Source: an uncultured Weeksellaceae bacterium
Lineage (GTDB): Bacteria > Bacteroidota > Bacteroidia > Flavobacteriales_D > UBA2798
Reading direction: 5' to 3'
NCBI GenBank assembly: GCA_964460845.1
Contig: CAYWRZ010000001.1
Location: 131,533 to 195,532, forward strand
DNA: 64,000 nt
Under the pieces are notes generated by a model that ran no database searches, was not told the origin of the DNA, and saw only the letters and a program-made list of their open reading frames with translations. The translations under genes and the position numbers were made by a program. Numbering within the stretch: the stretch's first letter is position 1; the number at the start of each line of letters is the position of its first letter. This document shows positions 38,806-48,749 of this stretch, in pieces.

Positions 38806-38813
38806 TAATTTTG
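38806..38813 (+). promoter_or_regulatory. -7 box TAATTTTG upstream of the glycosyltransferase gene
   Basis: Exact TAnnTTTG ending 22 nt before the TTG start at 38836. Confidence 0.45.
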
Positions 38814-38835
38814 CAGTCAAAACAAACAACGCATT

Positions 38836-39921
38836 TTGCCACGGATACTCTTTATAGCGGCTCATCGTCCCGATCGGTCACCCAGCCAACGCTTCAGGTT
38901 TGAGCAATACCTCGATTTTCTGCGATCCAGCGGATACGACTGTGATTTCTCCTGGTTATTGGACGAGGCCGACGACAAATTATTTTACCGCCCCGGCCAC
39001 TACTGGCAGAAGCTCGATTTGCTTCGCCGAACCTGGCGTAAACGCCGTAACGATGTCAGAAAAGCCGGAGCGTACGATATTATTTTCGTACAGCGCGAAG
39101 CCTTTATGACCGGTTCCACCCGTTTTGAAAAAGCTTTCAAAGCCTCTGGAGCCAAGCTCGTATTCGATTTCGACGACGCGATATGGAACCTCGACATTTC
39201 GGAGGCTAACAAAAAGTTCAGTTTCCTGAAAAACCCGGCTAAAACTTCTAAAATCATCGAAATGGCCGATTTGGTCATTGCCGGTAACGCCTATTTAGCC
39301 GATTACGCACGGCCTTACAATTCGCAGATAAAAATTATTCCTACCACGATAGATACCGAATCGTACCGGCGCATTCCGCGTACTGCCGACCCTGATCGGT
39401 TTACCATTGGCTGGAGCGGGAGCCTCACCACGATCAAACATTTTGAATACGCCCTTCCTTTTCTGAAAATACTGCGGGAAAAATACGGCGAGCGGATGCA
39501 GGTAAAAGTAATCGGCGATCCCGATTATTCGAACGAAGCGTTGGGCATACGCGGCATTGGCTGGAATAAGCACAGCGAATTGGAAGAATTATCCTCGTTC
39601 GATATCGGTATTATGCCCCTGCCTGACGATGAATGGACAAAAGGCAAATGCGGACTCAAAGGTCTTCAGTATATGGCACTCGAAATTCCCACGGTGATGT
39701 CGCCCGTAGGCGTTAATTCTGATATCATTACACAAGGTAAAGACGGCTTTCTGACCCGTGAAACCGGCGAATGGGTAGAATACATCACGCGCCTGATCGA
39801 AAATCCTGAGCTGCGTGAGCGCATGGGAAAAGCGGCACGGCAAACCGTAATCGAACGCTACTCAGTGCTTTCACAGCAGGAGGTTTACCTCCAAAGCTTC
39901 AATACCTTGCTTAACCGATGA
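38836..39921 (+). CDS. Glycosyltransferase, GT-B fold (family 4-like), TTG start
   Basis: 361 aa. C-terminal half has [41 protein letters not shown], typical of GT1/GT4 nucleotide-sugar binding. There is no in-frame ATG near the 5' end. Confidence 0.7.
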   Translation: MPRILFIAAHRPDRSPSQRFRFEQYLDFLRSSGYDCDFSWLLDEADDKLFYRPGHYWQKLDLLRRTWRKRRNDVRKAGAYDIIFVQREAFMTGSTRFEKAFKASGAKLVFDFDDAIWNLDISEANKKFSFLKNPAKTSKIIEMADLVIAGNAYLADYARPYNSQIKIIPTTIDTESYRRIPRTADPDRFTIGWSGSLTTIKHFEYALPFLKILREKYGERMQVKVIGDPDYSNEALGIRGIGWNKHSELEELSSFDIGIMPLPDDEWTKGKCGLKGLQYMALEIPTVMSPVGVNSDIITQGKDGFLTRETGEWVEYITRLIENPELRERMGKAARQTVIERYSVLSQQEVYLQSFNTLLNR

Positions 39922-39927
39922 AAATTA

Positions 39928-39935
39928 TACATTTG
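39928..39935 (+). promoter_or_regulatory. -7 box TACATTTG upstream of gcvT
   Basis: Exact TAnnTTTG 38 nt before the ATG at 39974. Confidence 0.45.
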
Positions 39936-39973
39936 TACTTACAGTAAGTTTTTCTTTTTTATTCTTTTACCAA

Positions 39974-41074
39974 ATGGATACCACCGTTACGCTCAAACAC
40001 ACCGCGCTTAGCGATACACATATTGCCCTCGGCGCCAAAATGGTGCCTTTTGCAGGCTACCTGATGCCCGTTTCTTATTCGGGCCTCAACGACGAACACC
40101 AAACCGTGCGCGATGCCGCCGGTATCTTCGACGTGTCGCACATGGGCGAATTTATCGTGGAAGGCCCGGGAGCGCTCGATCTTATCCAGCGTGTCACATC
40201 CAACGACGCTTCTACACTGAGCGACGGGAAAGCCCAATATTCTTACCTGCCCAACGAAGAGGGCGGCATTGTGGATGATTTGCTGATTTACCGCCTGCAG
40301 GAAGAGAAATACCTGCTCGTGGTGAACGCTTCCAACATCGAAAAAGACTGGAACTGGATTCAGCGTTTCAACACCGGAAACGTAACGATGAAAAACATTT
40401 CTGACGACACTTCACTGCTGGCTATCCAAGGCCCCAAGGCCACGGCTATCCTGCAAAAGCTGACCGACACCGACCTTTCTTCCATTCCCTATTACGCCTT
40501 CCGTACAGGCCGTTTTAACGGGGTGGACGAGGTCATAATTTCCAATACCGGCTATACCGGATCAGGCGGATTTGAACTCTATTTCCCCAATGCACACGCC
40601 GTTTCTTTCTGGAACGCCATCCTCGAAGCCGGAAGCGAAGAAGGCATCAAGCCCGCAGGATTAGGGGCACGCGACACCTTGCGTCTTGAAATGGGATTCT
40701 GCCTCTACGGCAACGATATCGACGATACCACCTCTCCCTTCGAAGCCGGATTAGGCTGGATCACCAAGTTCAGCAAAGAATTTACACACAGCGCCGCTTT
40801 GGCCGAAGAGAAAGCCAAAGGAGTAAGCCGTAAATTAGCCGGGTTTGAGATGATCGATCGCGGCATACCGCGTCATGGCTACGAAATCACGAACGAGGCC
40901 GGAGACGTTATAGGTATCGTCACCTCAGGCACACAAGCGCCTACCCTGCAAAAAGGGATCGGACTGGGTTATGTACCGACCGCCCTTGCGCAACCCGGAA
41001 GCGAGATCTATATCCGCGTGCGTGACAAAGCGCTCAAAGCGGTGATCGTAAAACTGCCTTTCCTGAAAAAGTAA
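39974..41074 (+). CDS. gcvT: Glycine cleavage system aminomethyltransferase T
   Basis: Contains [32 protein letters not shown] and [17 protein letters not shown]. Confidence 0.95.
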   Translation: MDTTVTLKHTALSDTHIALGAKMVPFAGYLMPVSYSGLNDEHQTVRDAAGIFDVSHMGEFIVEGPGALDLIQRVTSNDASTLSDGKAQYSYLPNEEGGIVDDLLIYRLQEEKYLLVVNASNIEKDWNWIQRFNTGNVTMKNISDDTSLLAIQGPKATAILQKLTDTDLSSIPYYAFRTGRFNGVDEVIISNTGYTGSGGFELYFPNAHAVSFWNAILEAGSEEGIKPAGLGARDTLRLEMGFCLYGNDIDDTTSPFEAGLGWITKFSKEFTHSAALAEEKAKGVSRKLAGFEMIDRGIPRHGYEITNEAGDVIGIVTSGTQAPTLQKGIGLGYVPTALAQPGSEIYIRVRDKALKAVIVKLPFLKK

Positions 41075-41096
41075 ATCGGGAATTTAATTCCGTCGT

Positions 41097-41867
41097 ATGT
41101 CAAAACCCGTAATAGAAGCGTGCTTTTCGCCGTACCTCTACCCCGTGTACCGCGATGAAGAAAGTATTGTGGTAGTAATCGACATCCTGCGTGCCACTTC
41201 GGCCATGTGTACAGCCTTTATGTATGGGGTCGAAAAAATTATTCCGGTAGCTACCGTCGAAGAGGCCTGGGATTATAAGCAACGTGGTTTTATCGCCGGA
41301 GCCGAGCGCGATGCAGTGCCGGTCGAAGGATTTGATTTCGGAAACTCGCCCTTCAGCTACATGAACGAGCACATAAAAGGGCAAACCATTGTCATTACCA
41401 CTACCAACGGCACACAGGCCATCGAAGCTGCGCGCGACGCCTACAAAGTGGTGATCGGTTCCTTTCTCAACCTAAGCGCGCTCTGCGATTTTCTGCTTAG
41501 CGAAAAACGAAATGTGCTGTTGCTTTGTTCGGGATGGAAAAATAAATTCAATCTCGAAGATGCGCTTTTTGCCGGTGCGGTTACCGAAGCGCTTTCGGTG
41601 CAGCACGAAGTCTTTCAACCGGGCGATGGCGCACTCGCGTTAAAATACCTTTACCAACGGGCGAGGCAGGATCCGTACAAATTTCTACACAATGCTTCGC
41701 ACAAAGAAAGGCTGGCCAAATTGGGCTTGAAAGACGATATCAAATACTGTCTGCAGCCCGATACTACCCGCATTATTCCGATACTTAAAGGTCACTCGCT
41801 CGAAAAAATGAGCTGGGAAGATGCATACGCGACGCTTCCCGGAAACGGGGCTTTTAAGGTGAAATAA
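41097..41867 (+). CDS. 2-phosphosulfolactate phosphatase family (ComB-like)
   Basis: Contains VVIDILRATSAMCTAF, GFDFGNSP and TTTNGTQAI, as in the ComB family (from memory). Confidence 0.7.
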   Translation: MSKPVIEACFSPYLYPVYRDEESIVVVIDILRATSAMCTAFMYGVEKIIPVATVEEAWDYKQRGFIAGAERDAVPVEGFDFGNSPFSYMNEHIKGQTIVITTTNGTQAIEAARDAYKVVIGSFLNLSALCDFLLSEKRNVLLLCSGWKNKFNLEDALFAGAVTEALSVQHEVFQPGDGALALKYLYQRARQDPYKFLHNASHKERLAKLGLKDDIKYCLQPDTTRIIPILKGHSLEKMSWEDAYATLPGNGAFKVK

Positions 41868-41933
41868 GTCCGAAGTTTCATTTTGAGTTTTTTTTGGAAA
41901 TGAAGGTAGTGCAGGCACACTTACCTTTACGGC

Positions 41934-42905
41934 ATGACTTGTTTTCGCCGTTTTCCTCTTTTCTTGCTGTTGCCGCTTTTCCTTATTTCTACCGAGGCTC
42001 GGAGCTGGGGCTTTTTCGCGCATCGGCAAATCAATCGCATTGCGGTATTTACACTGCCTCCGGAGCTTTTCGAGTTCTATAAAACCCACCTCGAATTTAT
42101 CACCGCGCATGCCGTAGATCCCGATAAGCGCAGGTATGCCAGCGAGCATGAAGCACCGCGTCATTATATCGATATCGATCGATATACCCCATTGGGCGAT
42201 CCTTTCAGCGCAATTCCCATGCACTACGAAGCGGCAGCGGCGCGCTTTACCGAAGATACGCTGCTGGCAAACGGTATCGTAGCCTGGCATATTCCACGGG
42301 TAACCCTACAGCTCAGCCGTGCCATGCAGGAAAAAGACACCGAACGTATTCTCCGCCTCAGTGCCGATCTAGGGCATTATGTCGCCGATGCACATGTGCC
42401 GCTGCACACCACCGAAAATTACAACGGGCAGTTGACCGGACAACGCGGTATTCACGGCTTATGGGAGTCACGGCTGCCCGAACTCTTCGCAGAAGATTAC
42501 GACTATTTTACCGGACTGGCAGTGCATATCGAAAATCCGCTTCTTTTTTCCTGGCAGATTGTAAAAGAAAGTCACGCGTTGGTAGATTCGGTGCTAAAGC
42601 TGGAAAAACAGCTCACGCTTAGCTTTCCTACCGATCGCAAATACAGCTATGAAACACGTGGAAGAAATACCGTAAAAGTCTATTCGGCCGAGTTTTCCGA
42701 AGCTTATCACCTTTTGTTAAACGGTATGGTAGAGCGCCGCATGAGGGCTTCGATCGTAGCAGTGGGCAGCCTGTGGTACAGCGCCTGGGTCACCGCCGGA
42801 AAACCCGATCTGAAATCAACGCTTCATTCGCCACTCCCTTTGGCAATCACAGAAGAAGATGCGCTGCCACCGGCGGATCAGGCAAAGGGGAGAAGCTGCG
42901 AATAA
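41934..42905 (+). CDS. Secreted zinc-dependent phospholipase C / S1-P1 nuclease superfamily protein
   Basis: A signal peptide is followed by WGFFAHRQI. The mature N-terminal Trp plus His is typical of this zinc-site superfamily. Also contains HYVADAHVPLHTTENYNG. Confidence 0.6.
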   Translation: MTCFRRFPLFLLLPLFLISTEARSWGFFAHRQINRIAVFTLPPELFEFYKTHLEFITAHAVDPDKRRYASEHEAPRHYIDIDRYTPLGDPFSAIPMHYEAAAARFTEDTLLANGIVAWHIPRVTLQLSRAMQEKDTERILRLSADLGHYVADAHVPLHTTENYNGQLTGQRGIHGLWESRLPELFAEDYDYFTGLAVHIENPLLFSWQIVKESHALVDSVLKLEKQLTLSFPTDRKYSYETRGRNTVKVYSAEFSEAYHLLLNGMVERRMRASIVAVGSLWYSAWVTAGKPDLKSTLHSPLPLAITEEDALPPADQAKGRSCE

Positions 42906-42974
42906 ACGATCTGTGAAAAGAAGCGAAAAATTTTCGGGGATGAAATTTTCGGAAAGTGCGGTGAACTAATCGGC

Positions 42975-44141
42975 CTACTTTCTACCGAGCCATTCTTCCG
43001 CTTTACGCCGGGTTTCTGTATCGGTATCTACCAGCGCTTCGTAAGCGGGTTTCACCACAAAAGACACCTGCTGCAGACAAAACTCGACCAAATCGCTCAT
43101 TTCCAAAAAGCCAATACGGTCTTTCAAAAAGGCTTCGACGGCTACTTCATTGGCCGCATTCAGCACGCAGGGCCTGTTTGCCCCCTGCCCGAGCGCTTCG
43201 TAGGCCAGCGACAGGTTACGAAACGTGTCGGTATCGGGTTTTTCGAAGGTAAGCTGAGGGTAATCCATAAAACGAAAACGCTCGAATGCGGCCGGCAGAC
43301 GATGGGGATACGACAGCGCATATTGGATCGGCAAGCGCATATCGGGCAGTCCGAGCTGCGCTTTGAGCGACCCGTCTTCGAACTGTACCAGCGAATGAAT
43401 AATCGACTGCGGATGCACAATCACTTCAATCTGTTGGGGGTTCAGGGCAAAAAGCCACTGGGCTTCGATCACCTCCAGCCCTTTGTTCATCAGCGAAGCC
43501 GAATCGATAGTGATTTTAGCTCCCATGCTCCAGTTGGGATGTTTCAATGCCTGTGCCGGGGTTACCTGTCTTAACGCCTCGCGTTTCCAGCCTCGAAACG
43601 GGCCGCCAGAAGCCGTGAGGTAAATTTTTTCGATACGATTGTGGAACTCTCCTACAAGACACTGAAAAATGGCAGAATGTTCCGAATCGACCGGATAAAT
43701 GTTTACGCCTTTTTGCTTTGCCAATGCGGTAATTAGCTCACCTGCCACGACCAGCGTTTCTTTATTGGCCAGCGCAATATCTTTCCCGGCCTCGATAGCC
43801 GCTATAGTTGGTTGCAGCCCCGCATATCCTACCATCGCCGTAAGCACCGTATGTATGCTGCTCATCTGAACCGCCTGTGTAACCGCTTCAGGTCCTGCAA
43901 ACACCTTGACATCGGTATCGGCCAGCGCATCGCTTACCTGCGCGTAAAGACCGGCATCGGTAATCACGACCGTATTAGGCTGATACCGTTTTGCCTGCGC
44001 AATAAGCAAGTCTGCATTGCGGTGTGCAGTAAGCAGTTCCAGCGAAAAACGATCAGGATGCTGTTCGAGCACCTCGAGCGCCTGCGTACCGATAGAGCCG
44101 GTAGAACCTAAAATGGCAATGCCACGCGAAGAAGAATTCAA
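42975..44141 (-). CDS. dxr: 1-deoxy-D-xylulose 5-phosphate reductoisomerase
   Basis: Contains IAILGSTGSIGTQAL, LANKETLV, PVDSEHSAIFQC and NAANEVAV. Confidence 0.95.
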   Translation of the reverse strand: MNSSSRGIAILGSTGSIGTQALEVLEQHPDRFSLELLTAHRNADLLIAQAKRYQPNTVVITDAGLYAQVSDALADTDVKVFAGPEAVTQAVQMSSIHTVLTAMVGYAGLQPTIAAIEAGKDIALANKETLVVAGELITALAKQKGVNIYPVDSEHSAIFQCLVGEFHNRIEKIYLTASGGPFRGWKREALRQVTPAQALKHPNWSMGAKITIDSASLMNKGLEVIEAQWLFALNPQQIEVIVHPQSIIHSLVQFEDGSLKAQLGLPDMRLPIQYALSYPHRLPAAFERFRFMDYPQLTFEKPDTDTFRNLSLAYEALGQGANRPCVLNAANEVAVEAFLKDRIGFLEMSDLVEFCLQQVSFVVKPAYEALVDTDTETRRKAEEWLGRK

Positions 44142-44219
44142 AAGATATACGGTTTAAACGCTGTAAAGATCATGAATTTGGAGCAAACACAGGGCATTAT
44201 CAAGCCCGAAAAAATGCGC

Positions 44220-45038
44220 TTAGCGGCAGGAGGACAAGAAAAATTTCAGGACCGGTTCGGAACAGCTTTCCCAAAATTCGTAGGTATGTCCGGCTTTTTC
44301 GTCGATATACAATTCGGTTCGTACCGTATTGATGCGTAGAATTTCCTTATAAAAATCTCGGGTTTGGCTCACCGGACAGATATCGTCTTTTCCGCCGTGT
44401 GCCAGAAAAAGCGGCACTTTAAACTCGGCCGCGCGTTTGTGCATATTATCGCGTCCGTTCCACCGTTCGGCAAAGCGCCTGTAAGGGCCGTAATAGCCGT
44501 TGTAAATCGGATCGTCGGTCAGTTTGGACTGATCAAAATCGGCCGAAAGACAGGCGGCGGCACGAAATACTTTCGGCAATTCGAGCGCCAGCAATGCGGC
44601 ACCCCGGCCTCCGGTAGAAATTCCGGCTACGAAATTATTTTGACCAGGCAGCAACAATTTGAGGTTCCGCTGCAAGTGGACTATGGCCGTATCCATTATC
44701 CAGCGCCGGGTAGGATAAGGCATATAGTGGGCTTTTGTTTCGGGATAACGCTGAAAATGATAGGTCGTTTTCCCTAAATCGGGGATGATCAGCACGAAGC
44801 CTTCCTGTAAAGCGCGGGTACAAAACGTGGTTTTCTCACACCATTCGGAAGGCGGCAAATTCCAGCCGTGTAAGAGCAACAGGGCTCCTTTGGGTTTGGC
44901 AGCTTCCGGATAACGCAGCGTAATCTGCACTTTTTCTTTTCCCTGCGGCAAATAAAGCACCGTGTCGCGCAGCGATGCCGAAGCGGAAAACACATTCAAC
45001 ACCATAAGCAAAAGACCCAAGCCTATATTCTTCTTCAT
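44220..45038 (-). CDS. Alpha/beta hydrolase (esterase)
   Basis: Signal peptide, LLLHGW, a nucleophile elbow GISTGG (GxSxG) and a late HGGKDD. Confidence 0.7.
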   Translation of the reverse strand: MKKNIGLGLLLMVLNVFSASASLRDTVLYLPQGKEKVQITLRYPEAAKPKGALLLLHGWNLPPSEWCEKTTFCTRALQEGFVLIIPDLGKTTYHFQRYPETKAHYMPYPTRRWIMDTAIVHLQRNLKLLLPGQNNFVAGISTGGRGAALLALELPKVFRAAACLSADFDQSKLTDDPIYNGYYGPYRRFAERWNGRDNMHKRAAEFKVPLFLAHGGKDDICPVSQTRDFYKEILRINTVRTELYIDEKAGHTYEFWESCSEPVLKFFLSSCR

Positions 45039-45147
45039 TTCAAGAAAGTTAAATTTCTGACGGGTGAAAATAGGGACAATATTTAGTAATTGCGTTGCAA
45101 AAATTGTAATTTACCGGCTCGTTTACTACAACTCAACTCTTCTTGTT

Positions 45148-47838
45148 ATGATTCGTTTTTACCGGTTTGCCGCAGCGATAACTTTCATCGCCTCGCTGGT
45201 TACTCCCAATGCCTTATCCGGCCAATCGCACGAAGCTTCCGAAACACCTTACGTACCGGGGCAGGTCATGATCCAGCTTAATGAAGGCTATAACATTGAG
45301 CATGTTACTTCAGCCTTTCCGCTTTACCTGCAGGTGAAACCGATCGAAGAGCTTTCTTCGCACATGCGCATTTGGCATCTTTCGTTTAACCATCATGCCG
45401 TGTCGCATGCAGAGCTGATTCGGATGCTGAGCAGCCATCGTGCGGTAAGTGCGGCGCAAAACAACCACTACGTCAAAGAACGGGCCACAGTACCCAACGA
45501 CCCAAATTTCACCAGCCAGTGGCAGCACCGAAACACAGGTCAGAATGGAGGTACCGCCGATGCCGACATTGACTCGGACGAAGCCTGGGACATTACCACC
45601 GGCGGGCTCACCAACCTGGGTGATACCATCGTGGTATGTATTCTTGAAGGCGGCGGTGGCAACTACAATCACCCCGATCTTATCGGCAATTTTTGGCGCA
45701 ATACCCAGGAAATACCGGGTAATGGTATCGATGATGATGGTAACGGCTATATCGACGATGTAAGAGGCTGGAGAGTACAGGCCAACAACGATAACCACGC
45801 CAGCGGCAACCACGGTACGCAGGTAATGGGTATGATCGGCGCTACGGGCAATAATTCGGTAGGCGTGGTAGGTGCCAACTGGAATGTGAAAATGATGCTG
45901 GTTTCGGGATTCACCACACAGGAATCGTCCGTTATTCAGGCTTACACTTATCCGCTGGCCATGCGTAAGCTCTACAACCAAACAAATGGTGCCAAGGGTG
46001 CTTTTGTAGTAGCGACCAACGCTTCCTGGGGCATCGATCAGGCCAATCCGAACAACTATCCGCTTTGGTGTGCCATGTACGATACCTTGGGCCGTTACGG
46101 GGTGCTGAACTGCGGCTCTACCACCAACTCCAATTACAATGTGGATGTAGTAGGCGATATGCCTACGGCCTGTAGCAGCGACTATATGATAAGCGTGACA
46201 GCCACCAATAACCGCGATGTACGCACTTTTTCGGGCTATGGACAAACCACTATCGATGTGGGCGCTCCCGGAGAAAGTATTTACACCACTTCGGGCACCA
46301 ACAGTTACGGTAGCACTTCGGGTACTTCGTTTGCCGGACCGCTTACCGCCGGGGTTATTGCGCTGATGTATTCAGCCCCTTGTAATTCGCTGGCGCTGTT
46401 AGCCAAAAACAATCCGCAGGCAGCAGCCGATCTGGTCCGACAAGCCTTGTTCGATGGGGTGGATCCCAAGTCGAACCTGCTTACAGAAACGGTTACAGGT
46501 GGCCGCATCAACGCCTTTAACTCGCTTACCCTCCTCATGAACGATTGTTCTACTTCCGACTGTATCGCTCCGTTTAATCTCAGTGCCGACAGCCTCACCA
46601 CCAATTCAGCCAATTTGGCCTGGGTTTCGGCCAATACCAGTAACACGTATCTCATCCGATACCGCGAAACGGGCAGCTCCACCTGGCTCGACTCTACCTC
46701 TTCAAGCGTCGATTCGCTGTTTCTCGACGGACTGGAAGAATGTACAGAATATGAGTTTCAGGTGAAAGCCGACTGTGGTGGCGGAGAAGAAAGCAATTAT
46801 TCCGTGTTATACACTTTCAAAACCGACGGCTGCTGTGAGCCTCCCACTTCACTTACGGTAACGCTCAGCGATAACACCAGCGGTTCCGCCACATGGAGTT
46901 CGGTACTGGCCGCTCAGTCGTACAACCTGCGTTACAAATCCCTGTCCTCGGGCACGTGGATTACGGTGAATAACGCCACCTCTCCCTATGCGCTCAGCGA
47001 CCTCGATGAATGTACCGCTTACGAAATACAAGTGCAGAGTGTCTGCGTATCGGGGCCTACCGCATTCAGCGCAAGCAGCACGTTTAATACGGCAGGCTGT
47101 GGCAACTGCGTTGATCTTTCTTACTGCAACTCAAAAGGCAATAATGTAAGCGACGAATGGATCCAAGCGGTCGAATTCGGCACGATCAATAATGTAAGCG
47201 GTTCCGACGGCGGATATGCCGATTATACCGCTATGAGCACACAAGTGATCAAAGAAAACTCTTACAACCTGAAAATCACCCCGGGTTATTCCGGCTCCAC
47301 CTATTCGGAATATTACAAGGTTTGGATAGACTATAATCAGGATGGCGTTTTTGACGAAGCTACCGAGCTCGCTTATACCTCGGGTTCAGGTGTAACCACC
47401 GGTGTAAATGCTCAGATACTTATCCCCGCCACTGCGAATACGGGTAGCACCCGGATGCGGGTTTCTATGAAATACGTCGGTCCGCTCGACAACGGCGCTC
47501 CCACAGCCTGTATGTCTTTTGCCTACGGCGAAGTGGAAGACTACTGCCTCTTCATTGAACAGAACACATCGGTCGAAGAGTGGAATGAGGTAAAGCTGAT
47601 GATCTATCCTAACCCTGCCTCGGATGTAATTGTAATAGAAGGTTATGATACGGATAAAGCGCAGGGGGTCTTGCAGATAAAACTTATCAATGCAACCGGA
47701 ATGCTGGTCTCTTCAACGCCGATGAACGGCAAGCGCACCCAGCTCGATGTATCGGAGCTTGCTTCGGGAATCTATTTCCTTCAGGTTTCGGACGACTCGC
47801 GTCAGCTCCGTTCCGAACGAATCATCATTAACCGCTGA
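45148..47838 (+). CDS. S8 subtilisin-family peptidase with Fn3-like repeats, GEVED domain and T9SS C-terminal sorting domain
   Basis: ORF 45064-47838. ATG at 45148 gives MIRFYRFAAAITFIASLV, a signal. Contains GNHGTQVMGMIGA (His block), GTSFAGPLTAG (Ser block), DDDGNGYIDDVRGW, two ~90-aa CxxP..L..C..YEFQV repeats, YGEVEDYC, and a C-terminal IYPNPASD...GIYFLQV tail. Confidence 0.9.
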   Translation: MIRFYRFAAAITFIASLVTPNALSGQSHEASETPYVPGQVMIQLNEGYNIEHVTSAFPLYLQVKPIEELSSHMRIWHLSFNHHAVSHAELIRMLSSHRAVSAAQNNHYVKERATVPNDPNFTSQWQHRNTGQNGGTADADIDSDEAWDITTGGLTNLGDTIVVCILEGGGGNYNHPDLIGNFWRNTQEIPGNGIDDDGNGYIDDVRGWRVQANNDNHASGNHGTQVMGMIGATGNNSVGVVGANWNVKMMLVSGFTTQESSVIQAYTYPLAMRKLYNQTNGAKGAFVVATNASWGIDQANPNNYPLWCAMYDTLGRYGVLNCGSTTNSNYNVDVVGDMPTACSSDYMISVTATNNRDVRTFSGYGQTTIDVGAPGESIYTTSGTNSYGSTSGTSFAGPLTAGVIALMYSAPCNSLALLAKNNPQAAADLVRQALFDGVDPKSNLLTETVTGGRINAFNSLTLLMNDCSTSDCIAPFNLSADSLTTNSANLAWVSANTSNTYLIRYRETGSSTWLDSTSSSVDSLFLDGLEECTEYEFQVKADCGGGEESNYSVLYTFKTDGCCEPPTSLTVTLSDNTSGSATWSSVLAAQSYNLRYKSLSSGTWITVNNATSPYALSDLDECTAYEIQVQSVCVSGPTAFSASSTFNTAGCGNCVDLSYCNSKGNNVSDEWIQAVEFGTINNVSGSDGGYADYTAMSTQVIKENSYNLKITPGYSGSTYSEYYKVWIDYNQDGVFDEATELAYTSGSGVTTGVNAQILIPATANTGSTRMRVSMKYVGPLDNGAPTACMSFAYGEVEDYCLFIEQNTSVEEWNEVKLMIYPNPASDVIVIEGYDTDKAQGVLQIKLINATGMLVSSTPMNGKRTQLDVSELASGIYFLQVSDDSRQLRSERIIINR

Positions 47839-47860
47839 GTAAAACACCTTTTCTTTCGCG

Positions 47861-47892
47861 AAACCGGGTAGCTTAAGCTACCCGGTTTTTTT
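47861..47892 (+). terminator. Rho-independent terminator after the S8 peptidase gene
   Basis: AAACCGGGTAGC-ttaa-GCTACCCGGTTT followed by a T-run. Perfect 12-bp stem. Confidence 0.9.
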
Positions 47893-47910
47893 ATATAACC
47901 GGCTTTGATG

Positions 47911-47918
47911 TACCTTTG
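47911..47918 (+). promoter_or_regulatory. -7 box TACCTTTG, only 6 nt before the ATG at 47925
   Basis: Exact TAnnTTTG. The spacing implies a very short or absent 5' leader. Confidence 0.4.
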
Positions 47919-47924
47919 CAGCGT

Positions 47925-48266
47925 ATGGATTTTGAGCTCGAAGAAAAATGGAGGAAGGTACAAGGCCGGTTAAAAGAAGATTTGGGCGAAGACCCTGATC
48001 TCACCAGCGTGATCTTTCTGATAGGTGTACAGGAACTCGGTATGGGTTACCTCAAATTCACCAAGCGGCAAAAGCTGGAAGTGATGCACATTGCGGTATG
48101 TCGCCTGTTAGAACCTTACGGATACTATACTTTCGCCGGAGTGGATGCCGAAGGATGGCCACACTATGAAAACACAAAAAAATTGCCGCCCCTGGATGGG
48201 CGGCAACAGCAACACCTGTTAAAACAGGCTGTTATAGAATATTTTGAAGCGATTACTGAAGGGTAA
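47925..48266 (+). CDS. Hypothetical protein (113 aa)
   Basis: ORF 47916-48266 starts at a TTG; ATG at 47925 preferred. No motif recognised. Confidence 0.6.
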   Translation: MDFELEEKWRKVQGRLKEDLGEDPDLTSVIFLIGVQELGMGYLKFTKRQKLEVMHIAVCRLLEPYGYYTFAGVDAEGWPHYENTKKLPPLDGRQQQHLLKQAVIEYFEAITEG

Positions 48267-48627
48267 TCTGCGCTTCGTTTTTCTTTTCTTCCTCTACTTT
48301 AATGATTCCTTCTCCGATAAGGGTATCCTTGCTGGCTCTTACTTCAAGCACAGCAAACCCTGCCTGCCCGCGCTTATAGAGATCGTTAAAATTGAAAGTA
48401 GCATTGCCGTTGGCATCGGTAGTGCTGGTATGATCGATACGACCACCATTATTACCGTACGAATCAACGCCTATCACGTGTACCGTAGCACCCGAAACAG
48501 GAGCCCCGCCACGGGTTATCACTTTCACTACCGCAGTAGTATCGGCCGGTTTTCCACAAGAAACCACTAACATTACCGAAGCGGCAAGTATTCCGAAAAG
48601 ATAGGGGAAGCGTTTTTTCATCTGCAT
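48253..48627 (-). CDS. Lipoprotein with carboxypeptidase-regulatory-like beta-sandwich features
   Basis: ORF 48253-48675. ATG at 48627 or 48621 gives M(Q)MKKRFPYLFGILAASVMLVVSC, a lipobox. GAPVSGATVHV...TTDANGNATF resembles the CarboxypepD_reg fold. Its 3' end overlaps the convergent gene by 14 nt. Confidence 0.6.
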   Translation of the reverse strand: MQMKKRFPYLFGILAASVMLVVSCGKPADTTAVVKVITRGGAPVSGATVHVIGVDSYGNNGGRIDHTSTTDANGNATFNFNDLYKRGQAGFAVLEVRASKDTLIGEGIIKVEEEKKNEAQITLQ

Positions 48628-48749
48628 AAAAAATTCTTTAAAACAGGAATGTCCGCTTTCACTTCCACTCCGCATTTCATAGACGTAATTTTAGTATTTT
48701 CGTTGCCTGTAGGCCACAACAAGTCAGCCAAATTTACAAATTCTCCCGA

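Noticed and set aside
39922-39973. A possible glycine riboswitch upstream of gcvT.
   Set aside because: The spacer is only 52 nt and holds a -7 promoter box. That is far too short for a glycine riboswitch aptamer.
41685-42290. A 201-aa minus-strand ORF spanning the ComB-like and nuclease gene boundary.
   Set aside because: It is antisense to two well-supported plus-strand genes and crosses their spacer. Its composition is low-complexity and it has no motif.
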